A stretch of 64,000 nt of DNA, taken from contig CM060733.1 in assembly GCA_030704615.1 (NCBI GenBank), positions 13,454,001 to 13,518,000 of the forward strand, given 5' to 3'. The stretch is from Takakia lepidozioides (lineage: Eukaryota; Plantae; Bryophyta). Shown here in pieces: positions 14,018 through 26,254 of the stretch (its first letter is position 1; each line of letters opens with the position of its first letter). The notes beneath the pieces are model-generated. The model did not search any database. It saw only the letters and a list, made by a program, of their open reading frames with translations, and had not been told where the DNA came from. A program made the translations under genes and the position numbers.

Positions 14018-14729
14018 TGTTGCGGCCCTGTGCCTTGAGGGCAGGGGGTCGGGACGCAGGAGGGGCTGCCCCTGTGGTGGGGGCAGTGGCAGCGATAGGT
14101 ACGGGGGGCTGAAGCACCCTTGAGTGCCCAAGGCACTCAAGGAGGCGGAGGCGCTCACTAAGTGGAGCCCCGCACACCGGGTTGCGGTGGGGTGGCTCCA
14201 CAAGGGGTGGTGGTAGCTTAACGGGACTTAGTGGGGGTGACATATGACTCACCATGGGGCGGAGACCTTGTGGTGGGAGTCGTGGGGAGTCTTGGGACTC
14301 ATCACGGTCCAATGGGGCCGTGGTGGGTGGGCCAAGACTCACCGCGACTCATCACCGGGAGTTGAGGGTCTTCGTGGTGGTTCGCCATAAAATGTGAAAC
14401 CCCCGCGGACAGTCACAGAAGTATATATAGGGAGTAGTAACCCCGAGAACGGTGCAAGCCCGTTGGAGACCAAACACTAGTGAGTAAGCGAGCGAGCCGA
14501 AAAGCGACCAAGGAGTGGGGAGCTATTCCGGACTGCCATCTACCAAAGGGAATTTCCACTAGGCCCAAATTGGTGGAGGGTCTTTTGGAAGAGTAAAGGG
14601 TGACCGTTATGTCCCGGTGAGCGGCCGAAGCTCCGAGTTGGCCTGGCGGCCAGGTTTGGAGTTAGGCGCGCGCATCAAAGCGAGTAACTATGACTTGAAG
14701 GGGAGCTTACCGAAGTGAGGTGCGCGACA
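14018..14729 (+). repeat. 5' LTR of element A
   Basis: TGTTGCGGCC...TGCGCGACA, with TATATATA at ~14422. About 96% identical to the reassembled 3' LTR (roughly 25 differences by eye). Confidence 0.93.
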
Positions 14730-14731
14730 CT

Positions 14732-14743
14732 TGGTATCAGAGC
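14732..14743 (+). promoter_or_regulatory. Primer-binding site (tRNA-iMet) of element A
   Basis: TGGTATCAGAGC, 2 nt after the LTR. Confidence 0.92.
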
Positions 14744-14784
14744 TTAGAGTTCAGTACGCAATTGTCCTTGGGATCGGCCTCATC

Positions 14785-16044
14785 ATGAGATCGGGCAAGC
14801 CAAAGCGAAAGCGGAACGGCCCGAAAGATGATGATCATGGTGAGCCCAATGGGGGCGACGTGTCACCGAAGCGGCCATTTGAGGAAGCGATGCATGCTTT
14901 TGAAAGCGAGGCCGCTCAAGAACGGGAGGAATCTCAGGAGTCGGAGCCCGAGGAATTCCTGAGAGCTCTGACAGACCAACAGATTCATCCCATGCCAGCA
15001 GCCTTTTGAGAAGGATTGTTGGCGCAGTTTGGCGGGACGTTGAAAGACGTGTTGAAGGTGGCTAATGCCACTTCCACAAAGGCAAAGTTTAAGGTGAAGC
15101 CTAAGGAACCCGGCACCTTCGAGGGCGTCTGAAATCGGAAGGCACTCAACACCTGGCTCTTAGAGCTAGAACAATACTTCCGAGCGGCCAAGTTGAGTGA
15201 CAAGGATCGGGTGGAAGTGGCTCCCACCTATTTGAGGGGCTATGCTCAACAATGGTGGCAGAAACGCCTTCACGACCGAGGTCCAAACCCGGAAACCTTG
15301 AACTGGAGTGGGTTCAAGGAACTTATGAAGAAACAGTTTGTGCCCCTCAACGCTTCCTGGCTCGCACGGGACAAGATGAGGAATTTGAAGCAAACAGATG
15401 ACATTCGGGGATATGTTCAGGCTTTCAATATGTTGTTGCTCGAAGTCGCGGACATGGCAGAACCAGAAATGGTCTTCAACTTTGTGGCGGGACTGGCCCC
15501 ATGGGCCAGGCGGATGTTGGAGGAGAAGCCACCTAAGACTTTGAACGAGGCAATTGAGAGGGCTGAATGTTTCTTGGATGTCCCTAGGGGCAAAAGACAA
15601 GGCCGTACGGAGCTGAACCACAAGAAAGCCCGGCGGGAGGGTGACTCCTTCCGACCGGAAAAGAAGTGGGATAGGCCATGCGGCGACAATAGCACGTGGA
15701 AATTGAAGGGAGGGCCTTCATACGTCAAGGCGGCACCAGGTGCTCCGAAAGGAAAAGCAGGTGCGGCGGCTTATGGCGGACAGAAGGCGACCTTCGATGG
15801 AGTGTACTTCAATTGCGGGGAGCCCGGGCACATGGCCAAGAAGTGCACGAAACCCCGACAATTGAACATGATCCGGGCGGCCACGGAGCTGTCCGAAGAT
15901 TCAATCAGCCGCTTGGTGGAGGCGGTGGTCGCCAACACTTGCAAGGTAGGCAACTACTCTTGTGAGTTGTATCAGGAAACTGACGCTTTGCGTAAAGGAA
16001 GTCAGTTAATGTTCGTGGATGGGATAATTTTCGGAACTAACGTG
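14785..16044 (+). pseudogene. gag remnant of element A
   Basis: Collinear with B gag, with premature TGA codons and a mutated knuckle ([14 protein letters not shown]). Truncated just before the protease active site. Confidence 0.88.
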
Positions 16045-19000
16045 GTAACTTGGTAACTTATGGTATTTACTCTTGATAAGTTCTTCTGGGCTATGTCCGT
16101 GACATCACCTCCTCTTCTAGCGTCGAGTTCCTCAAGGAGCGGTAAAATCTTGGACTTGTTTAGAGTTGGAGAAAATCCAAAATCCGGCGAATGGTACTTG
16201 CCAAGTATTCGACTCTTCGTTCTTGATTCAAATGATTTATAGATCCCTGCAACCATCGATAGTGTCCAACACCTTGAACTAGGGACCACGAAGTGATTTG
16301 AGCATTCTGATTTTCGAAGCTGCCTTCAAACATTATTTCGTTGCCCTTTGGGTCCGAAGCCTCAACCTCCAACAGAATTATCAGACTTTGAGTAGGCTCC
16401 ACTTGCCGTCATACGGGGTTCAGAAGAGGAAGTACGCGTCGCATTGGTGGCCCATCGTCTGGAGAGCGTCGGCGTGATGTTGAAGGTCGTGAGAGTCGGA
16501 ATGGCTGATCTGATAGTTGGGTAAGCGATAACTCCAATGTATCTGGTTCATGTGACTCCATGCTGCCAATACAAGATGCAATAGTGCTGGAAGTGTAGTT
16601 ATATATACTGATGTGTGGTGCTCCTCCCTCCTTAGCGTGTATCAGGTACATTGAATGTGAAGTCTTCACTTTGAAGCTAACCTGGCTGACATCATCGTTG
16701 TGACGTCGTATTGACGTGTAGCTCGGGGCTTAGCTGGATATCGTTGATAAAACTCTTGGACTTTGTCAGATGCATTGGCGAGGTTGGATGAAGGTCCTAC
16801 GTTCGTTTGCTGATGTCGTAGCCTTTCCAATGTACGAAATACTCAAGACGTTTATACTTGATGCGAGAGTCTAGGACTTCGTTGACTTCATACTCAAGTT
16901 CTTGATTGACTTCGACTAGTTGAGGTGGTACGGAAACTCTCCCTGGAATATTCGATGGATGATACAACTCCAATAATGAAACATGAAAGACTGGATGGAT
17001 GCGCATACTTCGTGGGAGTTCAAGCCGAAAACTGACCGGATTTATTTGTCGAATAATTTTGAATGGTCTCAGGCGTTGATAATCCAACTTCATTAATGAT
17101 CGCGAGGTTTGTATGTCTCGTCGAAGAAGCCACACACGATCACCGACCTTGAACTGGGGTTGGAGTTGGCGACGTTGATCCGCATACTCCTTGTATTGTT
17201 TTTTAGTTTCTGCGATGTGGGATGTAAGCTCTTTGTGAATCGTAGCTAGATGAGTAGCAAGGTTTTTTGCATCAGGGCTTCCAACAGTCTTCATGTGGAA
17301 AGGGTTTGCTTGAGGATGATGACCATAATTGGAGAAAAATGGAGTTTGTTTGGTCGAAGAATGTATAGTGTTGTTGTAGGCAAACTCAGCCAATGACAGA
17401 AGGTCCGTCCAATTATCTTGGTGATAATTTATCGTACAGCGAAGATACTGCTCCAAAATCTGGTTTACACGTTCGGTTTGACCATCAGTCTATGGATGAT
17501 TAGTTGTAAAGAGGTTGATCTTAGTATCCAATATGTGAAATAATCCCCTCCATAAATTTGATATGAACTGTGGTCCTCGATCAGATACGATGTCCTTCGG
17601 GAGTCTATGAATGTGGTAGATATTATTGAGGAAGAATCTTGCAGTTTCCTCGCCGGTAACCGTCTTATTACATGTAATGAAATGTGTCATCTTCGTAAAA
17701 CAGTCTACAATAACAAGGATTGAATCGGTGGTCTTGGAAATTGGAAGGTCTGTAATAAAGTCCATAGACACGGACGATCATGGACCCTCGGGAATGGGTA
17801 ATGGTTGAAGAAGGCCGTAAGGTCGATGTCGTGGTCCCTTCGCTCTAGCACACGTGTCACAAGATTTTATGAATTCTTTCACGAGTTTCCACATCTGCGG
17901 CCACCAATAGTCCCTGGATATCAACTCCAATGTTTTGTTGAAGCCGAAATGTCCTACAGCCGGAAGATCATGACATGTTTGAAGAATTCGAAGTCGTGTA
18001 GGTCCTAGAGGTGCATAGAGAAGTCCCTTAAAGTAAAGTAAGTCATCTTTGAATTCGAAGTCGTTTGTAACATGTGGGTTGTCTCGAGGTCGATTTAGTT
18101 GACTTCGTAGTGTCGTAGCAAAATGGTCGCTCTTCAGTGCTTCCTGAATCTCCTTTATGATCTTTGCATTGTCATAGGTGGACATGGATAGCATATTCAA
18201 TTGGAGATTTGATGGTTTCAAGAGAATGGATTTTTGTTGGTCAAAAACTGCATCCCCTTCTTTTGGCGCAAGATACGATCGTCGAGAAAGAGCATCTGGT
18301 TTTCCTTGAAGATGTCCGGGACGGTAAGTAATAACAAAATCAAACCTTGCTAGTGACATACTCCATCTCGCTTGACGTCGATTCAAAACACGAGCACTCA
18401 TAAATATTCGAGGTTTTTGTGATCGGTATAGACAGTAACCTGATGTTTAGCTCCCTCAAATAGATGTCGTCACTCCTCAAAAGCATCGATAATCGCTAAA
18501 AGTTCTTTATCATGGATTTCATAATTGATCTCCGCAGTGGAAAAATTGCGAAAACGAAAACCAACAGGGTGGAGTCGGCCATCTGTACCGTATTGCGAGA
18601 GTACCGCGCCAAGTGCAAAGTCCGATGCATCTGCTTCTAAGAAGAATGGTTTAGATGGGTCTGCATGTACCAGTATTGGAGCTGTTGTAAATGTCTACTT
18701 CAGCCTTTCAAATGTCTGGTCAGCCTTCTTGTCCCATACAAATTTGTCCTTCCATGTGAGTCGTATCAATGGTGCAGTAATTTTGGAGTAGTCATTGATG
18801 AAGATTCTATAGAAATTTGCAAAACCCAGAAAACATTGTACATCTCGGACCGAAGTTGGTTTAATCTACTCGATAATGGTTTGTATTTTCTTCTGATCCA
18901 TAAAGACGTCTTTGTCGGAAATAATGTAGCCCAGAAATTCGACCTCAGATTGATGGAAAAGACATTTCTCTAACTTGGCATATAGTCCTCTTTCTCTTAA

Positions 19001-20172
19001 TTTATCAAGGACAAGGCGTACATGGCAGCCATGTTCTTCTTCATTCTGTGAAAATATCAAAATGTCGTCCAAATAGATGACTACAAAGTCATCTAAAATT
19101 TTTCGAAATATGTCATTCATCATATGTTGGAAAATTGCTGGAGCATTGGTAAGATTGAAAGGCATAACACTGTATTCAAAATGTCCATACCTTGTTCGAA
19201 AAGCTGTTTTCCATTCGTCTCCTTCTTTTATCCGTACAAGGTTATATGCTCATCTCAAGTCGATTTTGGTGAAAATCTTCGCTCGTCCCAGCTGGTCGAG
19301 AAGCCCAGAAATCAGCGGCAACAGATAACGTTTCTTGATTGTGACTTTGTTGAGACCGCGATAATCGACACACATGCGTAATGATCCGTCCTTTTTTTTC
19401 ACAAACAAGATAGGCGCCCCCGCGGGTGATTTTGAAAGTCGGATGAAGTGCTTCGACAAATTTTCATCAATGTATTCACGTAATGCAGCCAACTCCGTGT
19501 GGGATAAGTTATGGATTAGGCCGAATGGTGGTTGGGCTCCTTCTTGTAACTCAATTGCACAGTCATAAGGTCGATGTTCTGGCAACATGTCTGCATTTTT
19601 CTTCTCGAAGACATCTTTGAAATCTTGATATTGAGCGGATAATGTTGAAGTACCTTTGTCTGTTGTGGTCTTGATCGGAGTCGCATAAAGTGCAAATGCC
19701 GCCGTTTTTTTGGTAGCTCTCATGAAAGCTCTAGCTCCAAAGAATAGGGGTTGAATACCTTTGATATTTCTACATTTTTGTCTTGAAGAAATTTTTCGCG
19801 ATCACCAGTCGATGTCGGGATTGTGAAGTACGAACCAGGGAAGTCCAAGGATCACATGATTCGTTGGAGACTGGATGACATTGAAAACAATATGTGATGC
19901 TTGATATTTAAGCTTCACTTCAAGTGGTCGAGTTTCATGGTCCACATTTCCTGATGCTAACGGTCGTCAATCGATGACTTCAACGGGGGCCGAGAGTTTC
20001 TTCTTTACGAGCGTTAAATTGTGTTGCTTCGCAAAGTTTTTGTCCATAAAACAAGCTGAAGTTCCTGAGTCCAAAAGTGCTCCTACAACGATATCTCGAT
20101 TTTGCACTCTGATTTTTACCGGAACTGTGAAGCAAGATGCAGGGTCTGGAGGTAGAAAGAAATCTTTTTTCG

Positions 20173-20233
20173 GTAAGGAATTTGTGGTGTCCAGTCGCAT
20201 GGTCCCTACTGTGACTGGACATCGTCGTTTTCC
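20173..20233 (-). promoter_or_regulatory. Putative -1 ribosomal frameshift signal (G GAA AAC plus hairpin/pseudoknot) between gag and pol of C
   Basis: Slippery heptamer at 20233-20227, a 5-nt spacer, then stem TGTCCAGTC/GACTGGACA. gag stops at a TAG in the loop, and the -1 frame continues into the protease. Confidence 0.75.
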
Positions 20234-21271
20234 GACCTCCTCGTATCGAACACTTGAGTTGTGTCCCGAGCTTTGAATCTTCTCTTGTTGGGGCAGTTTA
20301 ATGTTATGTGATCTTCTTCTCCGCAATAGAGGCATAATTCATTCGAGCGTCGTCTTTGTTTTTCTTGTGGCGTCAATGGTTTGAATCAGACAACATCAAT
20401 CTGCATAGGATTACTACTGGATGTCTGATGGATCGTTGTATTTGGTGTCGTAGTAGCAGTGACATGATGCGTCGACGACCATCTAGATCGCTTCTCTTGA
20501 CGTCTTTCGAACAAACGATTATCGCATGCAATGACTTGGGTGATGAATTCACTTAGTGTGCTCACATTTGGCATTGTCAGCAACAAATCTTTTACATCAT
20601 CTTTTAGTCCACATCAAAACTGACTAATGAGGCTCTTCTCATTCCAGTCGAGGTCGCACGCAAGTTGTCAAAATTCGGCAGCATAAACGGAAGCAGGACG
20701 TGCTCCTTGTCGAAGATTTCGCATCTTTGTTTCTGCAACTCTCTCTCTATCATTATCTCCAAACGTTGCAGTGAACTCGGACATGAATGCTTCAAAATTA
20801 TATAGTAAATGCGAAAAAAATTTCTAATAGCGGTGCAAACCAAGATAGGGCAGTGCCTGATAAAAGGGTGCCCACGAATCCCACTTGAATACCTTCATCG
20901 GGGTAGCGTTGTGGATGTAGTCGTAGGAACAGTCGTACTAGTTGAACAAAACCGCGAAATCTTGATCTCGTCCCATCAAATTTCTCGGGCATGCTGATCT
21001 TTGGTTCTCTCGTAATCTGTTGAAGATGAACCATTGCAGTAGGAGCTGTTGCAGTATGGACTCGTATGATTGAAGATCCATTGTTCGACTCCTTTAATTC
21101 TGAAATTTGTTGTTACAAATTGTGGAGAGCGTTGTCAAGATCTTGAGACTGATCAGCTTACAATTGGGCGGTAGATGACGAAGTTCTTGCATCTGGAGCT
21201 GAAGACTCTGCAATGTGGTGACCATTTCCGCAAATGTGCCTTCCATCTTAACTAACCAAAGAACAAACTTT

Positions 21272-21282
21272 AGTCTCGCCAA
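21272..21282 (-). promoter_or_regulatory. Self-priming-type PBS of element C
   Basis: TTGGCGAGACT lies 2 nt after the 5' LTR and is the exact reverse complement of the LTR sequence at 21554-21544, about 31 nt downstream of the TATA box. Confidence 0.78.
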
Positions 21283-21284
21283 AC

Positions 21285-21916
21285 TGTCAAGGACGAGAAC
21301 ATGACTGAACACAAACAAGAGATAAAACTAGAGGTACAATGCTAGACAAGAAGTCAAGGTCGGCGTGGCCGAATGCACGATGAGTAAATAGGAATCAAGA
21401 CGATCTTTATAACAATGAACAAGAGTACAAGATATTGGAACACGACTTGAATACTAGAATGCTGGAAACTGGACTGGAGTACGAGATACTAGAAACTGGG
21501 CTAGAGTACTGGGAACTGGAAACAAGAGTAGCTTGAACTGGTGTTGGCGAGACTGAAGAGTGTCCTGTCTCGCCTCCTATATATATTCGCTACTAAGAAG
21601 CTTCCCTAAAAAGCTTCCCCTACGGAGGTTTCTTGCTGGAGAAGTTTCCAAGATTAAACAAAGGTTTCTTGATGGAGAAGCTTCCTTAAACAAATGAGGT
21701 ATCTTGTTGGAGAAGTTTCCTCCAAAGGAAGCTTCCTGAGTAGTTTTCCAAGTTACTCTTGGTAATTTGGTAAACTCTCGGTAACTTGGTTAGTAATGGT
21801 AAATCATGATAGATCATGGTAAATTACGGTAAGTCATGGTAATTTTTGGTACCATAATAACTTGGTAACTTCTGGTATTTACTCTTGATAAGTTCTTCTG
21901 GGCTATGTCTGTGACA
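21285..21916 (-). repeat. 5' LTR of element C
   Basis: TGTCA...TGACA termini; homologous to both LTRs of D; TATA box at ~21578-21585. Confidence 0.92.
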
Positions 21917-24357
21917 CCACAGAGAGTTGGTCGAGCTGAAGGCTCAGCTCAAGGATCTAATGTCAAAGGGTTACATCCGGCCGAGTAAGTCACCATACGG
22001 AGCCCCGGTGCTATTCGCAGACAAGAAGGATGGGACGCTGCGGATGTGTGTCGATTATAGGGCTCTGAATAAGGTGACTATCAAGAACCGGTACCCTTTG
22101 TCAAGAATCGACGACCTCTTCGATCGGTTGGCAGGAGCGAAGTATTTCAGCCGGATCGATTTGCGCTCCGGCTACCATCAAATCCGAGTGGCGGAAGGAG
22201 ACGAGAAGAAAACTGCGTGCAGGACAAGATATGGTTCGTATGAGTTCATGGTGATGCCTTTTCGACTCAACGCACCCGCGACCTTTAGTACGCTAATGAA
22301 CAGCCTTTTCCAGGAGTAGTTGGATGACTTTGTAATCGTGTACATCGACGACATCTTGGTGTACTCGAAAACAAAGAAAGAGTATCTGGAGCACCTCAAA
22401 AGGGTGTTCTAGAAATTGCGGGAAGGAAAGCTGTATGCCAAAGCTAAAAAGTGCAAATTCGGGGTCACAAAAGTAGAATTCCTAGGGCATGTGATTACAC
22501 AGGATGGGATAAAAATAGATGACAGAATGTGAGGGCGATCTTGGACTGGGAGCCTCCGACTTCGGTCCTGGGAGTGCGATCATTCCTAAGACTCGCCTCC
22601 TATTACCGAAAGTATATGAGAATTTTCGCCAAAATCGCAGGGCTACTGTCGGACTTTCTGTGTAAATCCAAGGTATGGGTATGGAACATCTTTTGTGGCC
22701 AAGCTTTTGCCAAGTTGAAGCAGCGGATGGCCGAAGCTCCAGTCCTGAAAATCCCGGAGTTTGACCGTCCATTTGAGATTCATACGGATGCGTCGAACTT
22801 CGCGATTGGAGGTGTACTCATGCACGATGGACATCCAGTGGCTTACGAAAGTAAGAAACTGAATGAAGTGGAGCAACGGTGGCCAACGCACGAGAAAGAA
22901 ATGAACGCGGTGGTGCATTGTCTTGAGCTTTGGCGCCACTATGTTGGTTCCAACCCGGTGAAGGTGTTCACGGACAATGTCACGGTGAAGTATTTTGCCA
23001 CACAGCCTAAGTTGTCCCCAAAACAACTTAGGTGGCAAGATACTTTGGCGGTGTTCAACGTGGATATCCAGTATAAACCGGGACGGGACAATGTGGTGGC
23101 TGATGCTCTAAGTAGAAAGCAGCAGCTCATGTTGGTATACAGGGGCGAGACGGCGCTCCAAAAGAAGATCCGGAAGGCTTACCAAAAGGACGAGATGACA
23201 AAGTCCGTGATGTAGGACTTGAGGATGGAGGTTACATCGCAGTTCCACTTGCAAAATGGATTGCTCCGGTACAAGTAAAAGCGTCTCTACGTGCCGATGG
23301 GAGGGATCAGAGATAGTCTCTTGAGAGAATGCCATGATGACACGCTTGCGGGCCACGGCGGAGCCAAACGCACCGCGACACTCCTGAAGAAAGAGTATTT
23401 CTGGCCCAAACTAAGGGAGGAGGCCGAGGAGTATGTCAAGACATGCACCACATGCCAACAAGGATATTGTCTCGGACAGCGATCCAAAGTTTACAAGTAA
23501 GTTTTGAAGGGCACTTTGGAAGAAAATGGGGACGAGGCTCAAGATGAGCACCGCCTTCCGACCTACGACGGACGGCCAAACGGAAAGGGTGAATTCCGTG
23601 GTGAAGGAGATTTGCGGAATTACGTGTCGGCAGACCAATCGGACTGGGTGGAGCACTTGGATGCGGCAGAGTTCTGTTATAATAACACAAAACACTCCGC
23701 AACGGGAGTTTCCCCTTTCGTATTGGTCTATGGAAAAGCGCCTCTGGTGCCGACAAGTTGGGCCGCCCAAGACGTTGAGAAACCGGCAGCAGCACTGGTG
23801 CTGGAAGAACGCGAGCGTCTGTTGAAGCTCGCAAAGTACAACATTGCCAAAGCTAGGAAACGGTATGAACGGCAGGCAAATCGGAAGCGGAGGGAATTTA
23901 TGTTTGAGGCAGGCACGGAGGTCTGGTTGAACATCAAGAATTTTCGACTACCTCTGGAAGTGAGTCCGAAGTTCGTACCTCCGTATGCGGGACCATTTCG
24001 CATCCGGAAGGTTATGAATGAGGATGTGTATGATTGGAGCTGCCGGCAAACAGCAAGGTGCATCCGATATTCCACGTCTCCCTTTTGAAGCCTTACTTCA
24101 AAGATGAAGCGCGTCCGAATCGGCATCAAGTGTTGCGTCCGCCACCTGTGCTGTTGGATCATGAAAATGAACCTGAGTACGAGGTGGAGGCAGTGCTTAA
24201 GTCGAGGAGGTTCAAGAATCGAGAAACGGAGTATCTCGTGAAATGGAAGGGCTATTATCATGTGGAGGCATCTTGGGTGCGTGCCTCAGAAATGGGAAAC
24301 GCATCCGAGGCGGTTGCAGCTTTCGAAGGGCGACCTCATAAGCGGAAGAAGCATTGA
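21917..24357 (+). pseudogene. pol remnant of element A (RT, RNase H, partly deleted integrase, chromodomain)
   Basis: Collinear with B pol, with stops, frameshifts and a ~250-bp integrase deletion at ~23460. Confidence 0.9.
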
Positions 24358-25475
24358 TGGGGACATCAACCTTGGAGCATGGGGGAGGAAATGCATGTTT
24401 AGCTCGGCTTAGCTAGCTCAGGAATCCGATTGCAAAAACTTGCATTGTTCAAATTTTGTTATAAATGAAATGGTTTCCAAATGTTGTGCGTCCTATTTTG
24501 TTTGGAGTGGTGATGCATGGTATAATTGGCTAGTGTGTAGAACGCATGCTAGTTTACAAAAGTGGGAGAGGTAAATTGGGTTAATCGTGTGTTTGCACAG
24601 TGCCGAAATCGGGTGACTCACATCCAAGGGGTAACGAAACTTGCGCCTTCATTGGGAGTTCACGTGCTAGTGCGCACCTGACGCATGCGCGTACTATAAC
24701 TGCGCTACCGAGGGGGTTGCCTTGTAGTGCGGGCTAACGCGGAAGCTACGTGCTTCCGTTCACGTACTATAATCGTGTGGCCTCGGGACAAAGTCGTAGT
24801 GCGGCTTCGGCGTGTTCCCGTACCGCAAGCCAGCATTCCAAGGCGGACCCAATTGTAGTGATTGGGACGCACGATTGGTTCAAGGTTATCTTCCTAGTCA
24901 AAAAGGGATTCAAGGTGAACCCTTGCTCAAGGTAATGCCGAAAGCGGCATCATGAGTGGTCGCAAACAATGTTGTTGCAGTAAGGCGATTCGATCCTTAG
25001 GGAGGATCGTTCCTTGGCCTTGAAGTGGGCCAAGAAGAGTGCACTGGGAGGAGCTTGAGAAGCTCCACCCTTGGCCGGGACTTGGAGGAAATCAGCCGAA
25101 CTCGCTAGTGGAGAGTAGAGTTAAGTGGGGGTTTGGTTCTTTGCCATGAGACGTCATGGTACGGAAACACACTCCTTGATGTGGGACGCCACAACTTGGA
25201 TGTTCGTTTCTACAAAATGGACAAGTCAATGAGGACATCGACTCCCTGTTGGTAGGGGTGTGTCGCGGCCCTGTGCCTTGAGGGCAAGGGGTCGGGACGC
25301 AGGAGGGGCTGCCCCTGTGGTGGGGGCAGTGGCAGCGATAGGTACGGGGGGCTGAAGCACCCTTGAGTGCCCAAGGCACTCAAAGAGGTGGAGGCGCTCA
25401 CTAAATGGAGCCCCACACACCGGGTTGCGGTGGGGGTGGCTCCACAAGGGGTGGTGGTAGCTTAGCGGGACTTAG

Positions 25476-26199
25476 TGTTGCGGCCCTTTGCCTTGAGGGC
25501 AGGGGGTCGGGACACATGAGGGGCTGCCCCTGTGGTGGGGGCAGCGGCAGCGATAGGTATGGGGGGCTGAAGCACCCTTGAGTGCCCAAGGCACTCAAGG
25601 AGGCGGAGGCGCTCACTAAGTGGAGCCCCGCACACCGGGTTGCGGTGGAGGTGGCTCCACAAGGGGTGGTGGTAGCTTAGTGGGACTTAGTGGGGGTGGC
25701 ATAGGACTCACCATGGGGTGGAGACCTCGAGGTGGGAGTCGTGGGGAGTCTTGGGACTCATCACGGTCCATTGGGGCCGCGGTGAGTGGGCCAAGACTCA
25801 CCGCGACTCACCACCGGGAGTCGAGGGTTTTCGTGGTGGTTCGCCATAAAATGGCATGGCTGGTTATGAAACCCCCGCGGACAGCTACAGAAGTATATAT
25901 AGGGAGTAGTAACCCCGAGAACGGTGCAAGCCCGTTGGTGACCAAAAACTAGTGAGTAAGCGAGCGAGCCGGAAAGCGACCAAAGAGTGGGGAGCTGTTC
26001 CGGACTGCCATCTACCAAAGGGAATTCTCCTAGTCCCAAATAGGTGGAGGGTTTAGAGGGAAGTGGAAGGGGACCGTTATGTCCCGGTGAGCAGCCGAAA
26101 CTCCAAGTTGGCCCGGCGGCCAGGTTGGGAGTCAGGCGCGCGCATCAAAGCGAGTAACTATGACTTGAAGGGGAGTTTACCGAACTGAGGTGTGCGACA
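25476..26199 (+). repeat. 5' LTR of element B
   Basis: TGTTGCGGCC...TGTGCGACA. Confidence 0.95.
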
Positions 26200-26201
26200 C
26201 T

Positions 26202-26213
26202 TGGTATCAGAGC
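26202..26213 (+). promoter_or_regulatory. Primer-binding site (tRNA-iMet) of element B
   Basis: TGGTATCAGAGC. Confidence 0.93.
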
Positions 26214-26254
26214 TTAGAGTTCAGTACGCGATCGTCCTTGGGATTGGCCTCATC

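Larger units (their letters stand above)
16045..21916 (-). mobile_element. Tcn1-like Ty3/gypsy chromovirus C inserted in element A (degenerate; 3' LTR truncated)
   Basis: The full 5' LTR is 21285-21916; only ~60 bp of the other LTR remain (16045-16104). PPT AGAAGAGGAGGTGA. The minus strand encodes gag (MEGTFAEMV..PEKFDG), protease [20 protein letters not shown] and chromodomain YEVNEVLDSR..YFVHWKGY, with many stops and frameshifts. Confidence 0.92.

Noticed and set aside
13869-14342. Pro-rich ORFs in the A/B LTRs (also 25092-26039 and 31563-32287)
   Set aside because: By-products of GC-rich LTR sequence; frames differ between LTR copies.
25476-26199. Hammerhead ribozyme (retrozyme-type) in the LTR
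   Set aside because: No CTGATGA...GAAA core was found.
26192-26254. ORF-track start of the 1541-aa polyprotein
   Set aside because: It begins at a GTG inside the LTR and runs through the PBS; the first ATG at 26255 is the plausible start.
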